From Paludibacteraceae bacterium (GTDB taxonomy: Bacteria; Bacteroidota; Bacteroidia; Bacteroidales; Paludibacteraceae): 64,000 nucleotides of DNA. Within the stretch, counting starts at the first letter, position 1. Each line of letters opens with the position of its first letter. Of the stretch, positions 44,158-52,024 are shown piece after piece. The stretch covers positions 25,778 to 89,777 of the forward strand of contig JAFYSK010000051.1 in assembly GCA_017559385.1 (NCBI GenBank). Direction: 5' to 3'. A model generated the notes under the pieces. The model was not told where the DNA came from. It searched no databases and worked only from the letters and a program-made list of their open reading frames with translations. A program made the position numbers and the translations under genes.

Positions 44158-46485
44158 ATGAAAAGAATTTTACTATCTTTGATTTCCCTTTTGTGTATAG
44201 CTTCTACGTATGCTATCTCATTAAATGGTAGAGAGTACACCATTGATACTCTCTCTATGTATCCTGTAGGTCCTGGTACTACTTTCTACGAGCTTCGCAT
44301 GCTTCGTGTAGATGCAGTTAGTCGTTTGGACTGCTGGCTGCTGGCAGTGGATACCCGTGATCCATATGTTTCTGTAGAGCAAGTTTTGGGTACTGGTAAA
44401 ATCTGTGGTACAGAGACTCCATCCAAGATGGCAACTCGTAGTACTACCGATAGCAAAATCTTCTTTGCTGGTGCTAATGGCGACTTCTTTACTACTCAAG
44501 ATGACCAATCTACCGCTGCTTATCACGAAGTAGGTATGCCTGTTAGTACCACAATCGTGAATAGCGAGTATGCGCATACTCCGATTGCTAATCGTACCAA
44601 ACGCCGATTAGGTGCTATTGATGCAGACGGTAAAGGTATTACTGCTGTTACTCATACAATTGCTATGCATCTTGTGTTGGCGGATACTACTCTTGAAATC
44701 AAACATGCTAACTATCTCCGCAAAGACAACGAGTTGGTTCTTTATAATATCCACAATGGTACAACTACAGCTACCAATGCTTATGGTACTGAGGTGCAAA
44801 TTCAATTGCTAGATGGCCAGAAATGGCAAACTTCAGGTACTATGAAGGCTAAAGTAACCAAGGTGGAGGATCAAGTAGGATCCATGCCTCTTGATAAGGA
44901 TCATGCTGTTCTGTCAGGTCATGGTACCATGGCTACAGAGTTGAACAAACTCAAAGTGGGTGATGAGATTACACTTGATTTTGAAATCAAATTCGAGGAC
45001 AAACTCGTTAATATCGCTCAAGCAATAGGTAGTGATAATTATACTCAAATCCTTGTAAATGGTAATGTGGCACAAGACGGTTTCTGGAATGAATTGCACC
45101 CACGTACTGGTTTTGGTGTATCACAAACACGCGATACAGTGTTTATGTTAGTTGTGGATGGTCGTAGCGCTATCAGTGCCGGTTGTACAACCAAAGTGTT
45201 GGCTGAGATTCTTCAACATTATGGTGCATACAATGCCGTAAACTGGGACGGTGGCGGCAGTTCTTGCCTCTATATACGCCCTATGGGTCAAATGAATAAT
45301 GGTTCTGATGGTGGTGAACGTGCGTGTGGTAATGGTATGTTTGCAGTAGCTAATGTGCCAGAAACAGATAACACCATTGCTAAGATCGCACCTTATCAAC
45401 CTATTTATCCTCTTCCACGTTACGGTGTGGCTGCTCCTCAGTTCTTGGGTTATAACAAGTATGGTGTGCTTGTAGAGACAAACGTGTCTGGTGTTACACT
45501 ATCATGCGCTCCTGAAGTAGGTGAGATTTTGCCTGATGGTCGCTTCTTAGCTTCTGGTGAGAATGGTGGAAAATTGGTGGCAACCTATGGTGATGTTACA
45601 ACCGAATTGGAGGTACGTTTGATGGCTTCTGCTCCTGTTGCTATTCGTCTAGATTCTGTTATTTGCGATATCTTACATCCATACAAGGTAGAGGTACAAG
45701 GTGCTATTGGTAATAGTTATGTAGAAGTGCTCGCTGATGCTTTAGAGTGGGAATCTTTAGATCCTACAATTGCAACTGTAAATGAAAAAGGTGAAGTTAC
45801 TGGTGTTAAGAATGGTAGAACAATCGTAGTAGGTACGCTAGGTGAATTTGCAGATAGCATTATTGTTGATGTGGAGATTCCAGAAGCCAATAAGATTGTG
45901 TGGGATGATTTCCGTAATGCCGCTTCTTGGGAGATTAAAGGATCACCTACATCTTTCAAGCCATCTCTGTCTGTTCCAGAAGATCCTAATGCTCCTGTTA
46001 ACTTGCTCTTTACTTACGGATCAGGACGTAACCCATTCATCCAATTATCTAAAGACTCGCTTCTCTATTCTAAACCAGAGAAAATTCTTGTTCCAATAAC
46101 TACTAATGCAGTGTTCGAGAAAGTAATCGTGATGATTCGCGCGAATAATTCTAACACCACAGAGCAAATTACTTTCTTGAATCCAAAAGCAGGTGAGGAG
46201 AATATTTTGGAGATTGATGTAAAAGAGCGCTTTGGCGCAGATGTTGCCATTTATCCTTTACACTTCCTCTCTTTGAAGATGGTTCCTACTTCTGAGACTA
46301 CCAAAGGTGAATGTTATGTGACTCTTCCTGGTATTATTGAGGTGTTTACAGAGGAAACAACCGATGTGGAGAATATCACCACCTCTAGCTCAAGTACCGC
46401 TGCTAAATTTATCAAAGACGGTTCGTTGTATATCCAATCAATGGATAAGGTTTATGATGTGTTAGGAGTGCAAGTTAGCAAATAA
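44158..46485 (+). CDS. Phosphodiester glycosidase (DUF2233 / NAGPA-like) protein with a Big_2 domain and the conserved C-terminal tail
   Basis: NAVNWDGGGSS hallmark motif, Big_2-like LDPTIATVNEKGEVTGVKNGRTIVVG, and an SPI signal. Confidence 0.82.
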   Translation: MKRILLSLISLLCIASTYAISLNGREYTIDTLSMYPVGPGTTFYELRMLRVDAVSRLDCWLLAVDTRDPYVSVEQVLGTGKICGTETPSKMATRSTTDSKIFFAGANGDFFTTQDDQSTAAYHEVGMPVSTTIVNSEYAHTPIANRTKRRLGAIDADGKGITAVTHTIAMHLVLADTTLEIKHANYLRKDNELVLYNIHNGTTTATNAYGTEVQIQLLDGQKWQTSGTMKAKVTKVEDQVGSMPLDKDHAVLSGHGTMATELNKLKVGDEITLDFEIKFEDKLVNIAQAIGSDNYTQILVNGNVAQDGFWNELHPRTGFGVSQTRDTVFMLVVDGRSAISAGCTTKVLAEILQHYGAYNAVNWDGGGSSCLYIRPMGQMNNGSDGGERACGNGMFAVANVPETDNTIAKIAPYQPIYPLPRYGVAAPQFLGYNKYGVLVETNVSGVTLSCAPEVGEILPDGRFLASGENGGKLVATYGDVTTELEVRLMASAPVAIRLDSVICDILHPYKVEVQGAIGNSYVEVLADALEWESLDPTIATVNEKGEVTGVKNGRTIVVGTLGEFADSIIVDVEIPEANKIVWDDFRNAASWEIKGSPTSFKPSLSVPEDPNAPVNLLFTYGSGRNPFIQLSKDSLLYSKPEKILVPITTNAVFEKVIVMIRANNSNTTEQITFLNPKAGEENILEIDVKERFGADVAIYPLHFLSLKMVPTSETTKGECYVTLPGIIEVFTEETTDVENITTSSSSTAAKFIKDGSLYIQSMDKVYDVLGVQVSK

Positions 46486-46494
46486 TCATTCATT

Positions 46495-48789
46495 ATGAAA
46501 AGAATACTATTCTCTTTATTTTCTCTCTTATGCATAGCGTCATCCTATGCTATATCCCTAAATGGTATAGAATATACTATTGATACCTTATCTATGTTTC
46601 CTGCAGGTCCGGGTTCCACCTATTATGAGCTACGACTTCTTCGTGCTGACAATGGTTTGGGACGCTTAGATGCATTCCTCTTAGCAGTAGATACCCGTGA
46701 TCCTTATGTGCAAGTGCAACAGGTCTTGGGTAAAGGTAAGGTTACTGGTTGTGAGGTACCATCTAGTATGGCAAAACGTAGCACTACCGATAAGGAGATT
46801 TATTTTGGTGGAGTCAATGGCGACTTCTTTGCTTACGAAGCTCCTGTAGGTACTACAATTATCAATGGTCAGTATGCCCTCACACCTTTTGGTTCTGGTG
46901 GAGGTCGTCGTCATGGCGGTATTGATGCTGAAGGTAGAGGCGTAACGGCTTATACTCATACCTATTCTATGAAGGTTACAACGCCTGCGAATGCGACTCT
47001 TGATATACATCACGTAAATGACTATCGCGATGAAAATCAATTGGTTCTCTTTAATCATCATTTGGGCACCACTACTGGAACTAATGCCTATGGAACAGAA
47101 GTGAAAATCCAATTGCTAGAAGGAGAGACCTGGAAAACAACCGGTACTATGAAGGCTAAAGTGCTTGCCAAAGAAGAAAATGTAGGTTCTATGCCTCTAG
47201 CGGCTGGTTATGCAGTTCTTTCTGGTCATGGCTCGATGCAACAAGCATTGAATCAGCTCAATGTGGGTGATGAACTTACACTTTCATTCGAACTACGTCT
47301 GGATGATGAACTAGTTAATGTGGCGCAGTTCATAGGTGGTGATCATTATGAAGCTATGATTCTGGATGATGGCAAGGTAGCTCAATCTGGTTTCTGGAAC
47401 GAATTGCACCCTCGTACCGGTTTCGGTGTTTCTCAAACCCGTGATACTATCTTTATGATGGTGGTTGATGGTCGTGGTGTAAGTAAAGGTTGTACCACTA
47501 AAGTAATGGCTGAGATTCTCAAGCATCATGGTGCTTGGAATGCTGTCAACTGGGATGGCGGTGGTAGTTCCTGTATGTATATTCGCCCATTTGATCAAAT
47601 GAATAATGGTTCAGATGGTAAAGAACGTGCCGTTACCAATGCAATGTTTGCAGTGGCTCACGTACCAGAAGTAGATACTAATGTGGTTGCTATTGCGCCT
47701 TATATGCCAAACTATTATTTGCCTCGTTATGGTGTGGCAGCACCTCAATTCTTGGGCTATAACAAGTATGGCGTGCTTGTTGAGACCAACGTGACTGGTG
47801 TTAAACTCTCTTGCGCTCCAGAAGTAGGTGAGATTCTCGAGGATGGCCGTTTCTTGGCTACTGGAGAAAAGGGAGGAAAGTTGGTGGCTACTTGGGGTGA
47901 TGTAACAACGGAATTAGATGTTCGTATATCTTCTACAGCTCCTATCGCTATACGAATAGATACAGTTTTGTGTGGTCCTCAACCATACAAAGTGGAGGTT
48001 GAAGGTACTGTAGGTAATAATACGGTAGAAATCTTGTCAAGTGCATTGACTTGGAGTTCAGCCGATCCTACCATTGCTACAGTGGACGAGGAGGGTAATG
48101 TAGAAGGTAAGAAAAATGGTATGGTAGTGATTACTGGTAAATTGGGTACATTCACCGATCAAATCGTGGTTAAAGTAGAATTTCCAGAATCAGATCCATT
48201 GATTTGGGATGATTTCCGTCAAGCAAGCTCATGGGAATTGAAAGGATCACCTACATCTTTCAAGCCATCTCTGTCTGTTCCTGAAGATCCAAATGCCCCT
48301 GTTAACTTGATGTTTACATATGGTTCTGGACGTAATCCTTTTGTCCAATTGTCTAAGGATTCTCTTCTCTATTCTACACCAGACAAAATCCGTGTTCCTT
48401 TGACTACAAATGCGGTGTTTGAGAAGGTGATTGTGATGATTCGTGCGAATAATTCTACTACCACAGATCAGATAACATTCCTTAATCCTAAAGCAGGTGA
48501 GGAGAATGTTCTTGAGATTGATGTGAAAGAACGTTTTGGAGATGATGCAGCCATTTATCCATTGCGTTTCCTAGCTTTGAAGATGATACCTACTTCTGAA
48601 ACACCCAAAGGTGAATGCTATGTGACGCTTCCTGGAATTATTGAGGTGTTCTCTGAGCAAACTACTGATCTAGAAGATGTGACTTCTAATCAATCATCTA
48701 CGAATGTGAAATATATCCAAAATGGCAATTTGTATATCCAAACGGTGGATAAAATATACAATATATTAGGTGCTGAAGTAAGCAAATAA
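46495..48789 (+). CDS. Phosphodiester glycosidase (DUF2233 / NAGPA-like), tandem paralogue
   Basis: It is collinear with the preceding protein over its full length and has the same motifs (NAVNWDGGGSS, Big_2, C-terminal tail). Confidence 0.82.
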   Translation: MKRILFSLFSLLCIASSYAISLNGIEYTIDTLSMFPAGPGSTYYELRLLRADNGLGRLDAFLLAVDTRDPYVQVQQVLGKGKVTGCEVPSSMAKRSTTDKEIYFGGVNGDFFAYEAPVGTTIINGQYALTPFGSGGGRRHGGIDAEGRGVTAYTHTYSMKVTTPANATLDIHHVNDYRDENQLVLFNHHLGTTTGTNAYGTEVKIQLLEGETWKTTGTMKAKVLAKEENVGSMPLAAGYAVLSGHGSMQQALNQLNVGDELTLSFELRLDDELVNVAQFIGGDHYEAMILDDGKVAQSGFWNELHPRTGFGVSQTRDTIFMMVVDGRGVSKGCTTKVMAEILKHHGAWNAVNWDGGGSSCMYIRPFDQMNNGSDGKERAVTNAMFAVAHVPEVDTNVVAIAPYMPNYYLPRYGVAAPQFLGYNKYGVLVETNVTGVKLSCAPEVGEILEDGRFLATGEKGGKLVATWGDVTTELDVRISSTAPIAIRIDTVLCGPQPYKVEVEGTVGNNTVEILSSALTWSSADPTIATVDEEGNVEGKKNGMVVITGKLGTFTDQIVVKVEFPESDPLIWDDFRQASSWELKGSPTSFKPSLSVPEDPNAPVNLMFTYGSGRNPFVQLSKDSLLYSTPDKIRVPLTTNAVFEKVIVMIRANNSTTTDQITFLNPKAGEENVLEIDVKERFGDDAAIYPLRFLALKMIPTSETPKGECYVTLPGIIEVFSEQTTDLEDVTSNQSSTNVKYIQNGNLYIQTVDKIYNILGAEVSK

Positions 48790-48812
48790 AATATCACTTA
48801 AATTTAATCAAT

Positions 48813-51809
48813 ATGAAAAAAACATTTCTATTTCTTCTTGGAATCTCCGCTGCCTTGATGGCAAGTGCTGAGATCCGTGTACTTAGCAATGTGAAATTAG
48901 GCGAAGGATTTTTCCCTCGCTTTGCAGATGCTGAGACTGTTACTTATCTTACGAGTGAAAATGCTGATTATGTCACTGTTGCTGACGAGGCAGACTTGCG
49001 CGTAGATAATGAGAATTTGGACCTTAACCTATATCGCAATGGCGAAAAGGTTGTGCTCAAACCTCATGGTGATGTTAACTATATTTGGGCGTCTCTTTCT
49101 CCTGACCAAACCATGATTCTTTTCAACACCAAGTATGGTACTGCTGTATGTGACCTTAATGGTAATGAAATGATTAATCTAGGTAATGTGAATGCTCCAG
49201 TATGGTATGGCAATGACTATATCGTCGGTATGAATGATTTGCACGATGGATATCATTTTACATCATCTAATATCGTTATCGCTTCTGTGGATGGTACCGA
49301 GCGTCAAGAATTGACAGACGCTGTGGAAATGGGTTATTATCCAGATGTAGATGCTAAGTCTGGTCGAATCGTATATCACACAGAAAAAGGTCAAATCCGT
49401 TTGATGCAATTGAATTTGACTGAAGAGCCTGTTCGTACCAACTTGCCTCGCTTGCTACAAAAGCCTGACGGAACCTTGCTCAACCAAATGAAACGCCAAG
49501 CTAAACGTGCGTCTTCTACCAATCCTGCCGATTACAAGATTTATATCAACCCTGGTCATGGTGGTTATGACTCCGATGACCGTTTGATGTATCTATATCC
49601 AATCTTCGTAAATCAAGTAGTGCAAGAACCTTATACCCGTGAACAAAGTTTCTGGGAGAGTACTTCCAACCTTGATAAAGGTCTTCGCTTGGATACTATG
49701 CTTCGTGCATTGGGCTTCCAAACCAAACTCTCTCGTATTACTAATACTACTGCAGATGACCGTAGTCTTTCAGGAATTTCTGCGGAGGCAAGTCAATGGA
49801 ATGCAGATTTCATGCTTTCTATCCACTCCAACGCAGGTAATCCATCCAACTATGTTCTTCAACTCCACTCAGGTATTACTCCTGGCGACCCTTATGGTTT
49901 GAATGGTTATCCAGAGAAAGTGCCAGAATGGGTATGCGACGAGGCACGCAAAATTACCACATTGATGGGTAATAACCAATATTCTAACCAAGTTAGCTGC
50001 TGGTCACGCGAGCCAAATATCGCAGGTGATAAGACTTTTGCGCGTACCATCATGGGATGGTCTAATGGTTATGGTGTTATGCGTAACTTGAAAGTGCCTG
50101 GTACAATCTCAGAGGGTATGATGCACGACTACTTGCCTGAGACATATCGCTTGGTAAATATTGATTACAAACGCCAAGAGTCTTTCCAATTTGCTAAAAC
50201 TTTCTACACCTACTTCTGTGGAAAAGAGCTTCCATATGGTGCTATTGGTGGCAAACTTCACGACGTATACCAAAAACAATTGTTCCCAGATTATAAGGCT
50301 CGCAAAGGTTCGCGCGACGAGTATCGCCCAATCTTGAAAGGTTTGGTGGAGTTGTGGCAAAATGATCAGTTGCTAAAGACATACGTTACTGATACTCTTT
50401 ATAATGGTGTGTACTATTTCTGGGATCTCAAACCAGGTACCTACGTTGTAAAGGCAAAGCCAGAAGGTTATTATCCACAAGAGCAAACAATTGAGGTGAA
50501 GAATAATGAAATTTCTTATGGTATCTTTGCTCTTTCTTTGCAACGCCAAACACCTCCTGTAGTTTTGGATTACAGTCCAAAGGTAGAACTTACAGATAGC
50601 GTTTTAGTTTCCACTCAACTTACTATCTCTTTCAACTGGGATATGAACGAGGAGGAAACAGCTAAGGCTCTCCAAATCTCACCAGCCGTAGAGGGTACTA
50701 TCACATTTGAAGATGATGCCCACACTATGCGCTTCAAACCTGCATCACGTTTTGAGCCAGGTGTTGAATATACTGTTACCTTGGGCACTGGCGCTTGCCA
50801 CCCTGATACAATGTTTAACAATCATTTGCAAGAGCCATTTACCTTCAAGTTCCGTACTCAAAACCGTGGTTCAGTGCGTGTAATGCAAACTTATCCTACA
50901 AATGGCTCAGAGAATATTCCTGTAGATGCAGCGTTTATTGCTATCTTTGATGGTAAGTTGGCTAACTCATCTAACAAATACTTCAAGGTGTATGACTCTG
51001 CAGGCAATGATATTAGCCCTGTTTCTCGTAACGTGAAACTGAATGGTGTAGCTCCTGCTCCTTATGGATCAGCTAAGTTCGAGTTGAAAGCCGGTACATT
51101 GAAACCAAACTCTGAGTACAAGATGGTTATTGGTGCTGAGGTTGCTGATGTTAATGGTGTGCTTGTGAACGATCCTGTTACTGTTACCTTTAAAACAGGT
51201 GACGAGGTGACATCTACTCTTCCTATATTGAATAACTTGGATACGCTCTATTTTGAGGGAGACAAAGAAACTTCAACCGGCGTTGCATCTGTTTCTACAC
51301 TTAGAAATACTGCGTCTAAATATGAGGGTTTGGCTTCTAATAAGTTGACCTATACATTCTCAGAAGCAAATGGCGAGGCTATTTATGTTGTAGATGATGT
51401 TACAGCTATCAAGGGTAATAGTCTTTCTACATTCGGTATGCATGTATTTGGTGATTATACATTCAATACCCTATATGCAAAATGGGCTGTTGAAGGTGAT
51501 ATTCAATACACTAAGATTTGCGATCTTGACTATGCTGGATGGTTGTATCAAGAAGCTGATATGTCTGCCCTTCCTGCAGGTGTTGACTATCAGTTTATGG
51601 GCTTCAAGTTAGTTCGTGGTACATCTTTCCTTTCAGAGAAGGGTGAGATTAGTATCGATGCATTGCGTGTTCAATTTGAGTCTACACCAAATGCTGTAGA
51701 AAATGTTGAAACTACAAACCAAACCAATAGCAAGAAAATCAATAATGGTTACTTGTATATTATGAAGAATGATGTTGAGTACAATATCCAAGGTGCTGTT
51801 GTGAAATAA
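48813..51809 (+). CDS. Multidomain secreted N-acetylmuramoyl-L-alanine amidase (Amidase_3) with a propeller-like N-domain, SbsA-Ig-like repeats and the conserved C-terminal tail
   Basis: IYINPGHGGYDSDDR...MLSIHSNAG... are Amidase_3 motifs. The later segments ...TISFNWDM....TVTLG are Ig-like. Confidence 0.8.
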   Translation: MKKTFLFLLGISAALMASAEIRVLSNVKLGEGFFPRFADAETVTYLTSENADYVTVADEADLRVDNENLDLNLYRNGEKVVLKPHGDVNYIWASLSPDQTMILFNTKYGTAVCDLNGNEMINLGNVNAPVWYGNDYIVGMNDLHDGYHFTSSNIVIASVDGTERQELTDAVEMGYYPDVDAKSGRIVYHTEKGQIRLMQLNLTEEPVRTNLPRLLQKPDGTLLNQMKRQAKRASSTNPADYKIYINPGHGGYDSDDRLMYLYPIFVNQVVQEPYTREQSFWESTSNLDKGLRLDTMLRALGFQTKLSRITNTTADDRSLSGISAEASQWNADFMLSIHSNAGNPSNYVLQLHSGITPGDPYGLNGYPEKVPEWVCDEARKITTLMGNNQYSNQVSCWSREPNIAGDKTFARTIMGWSNGYGVMRNLKVPGTISEGMMHDYLPETYRLVNIDYKRQESFQFAKTFYTYFCGKELPYGAIGGKLHDVYQKQLFPDYKARKGSRDEYRPILKGLVELWQNDQLLKTYVTDTLYNGVYYFWDLKPGTYVVKAKPEGYYPQEQTIEVKNNEISYGIFALSLQRQTPPVVLDYSPKVELTDSVLVSTQLTISFNWDMNEEETAKALQISPAVEGTITFEDDAHTMRFKPASRFEPGVEYTVTLGTGACHPDTMFNNHLQEPFTFKFRTQNRGSVRVMQTYPTNGSENIPVDAAFIAIFDGKLANSSNKYFKVYDSAGNDISPVSRNVKLNGVAPAPYGSAKFELKAGTLKPNSEYKMVIGAEVADVNGVLVNDPVTVTFKTGDEVTSTLPILNNLDTLYFEGDKETSTGVASVSTLRNTASKYEGLASNKLTYTFSEANGEAIYVVDDVTAIKGNSLSTFGMHVFGDYTFNTLYAKWAVEGDIQYTKICDLDYAGWLYQEADMSALPAGVDYQFMGFKLVRGTSFLSEKGEISIDALRVQFESTPNAVENVETTNQTNSKKINNGYLYIMKNDVEYNIQGAVVK

Positions 51810-51836
51810 GCAACGCATATCTCTCAATAAATAAAG

Positions 51837-51868
51837 ACAGGGGACACAATCTTGTGTTCCCTGTTTTT
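51837..51868 (+). terminator. Rho-independent terminator
   Basis: acaggggacac-aatctt-gtgttccctgt (one G-U pair) followed by tttt. Confidence 0.7.
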
Positions 51869-51965
51869 ATACCCTCTACCACTTTCATTTTTGACTTTCG
51901 ACCTTGACTTTCAACTCTCAGCTATAAACTTTCAACTAAAATTTGCATATTTGCAATTTTTTTAG

Positions 51966-51973
51966 TAACTTTG
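51966..51973 (+). promoter_or_regulatory. -7 box TAACTTTG for secA
   Basis: 52 nt upstream of the ATG at 52025. Confidence 0.5.
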
Positions 51974-52024
51974 CAGGCTGTTTTATATAAATATAAATTG
52001 TAAATAAGTAAATTGTAAATTAAT

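Noticed and set aside
40870-51806. Labelling the five short C-terminal tails as canonical T9SS CTDs
   Set aside because: They are much shorter than the CTD on the giant protein in the same window and lack its pattern (..YDLSGR......GVY..). They are kept as an open finding instead.
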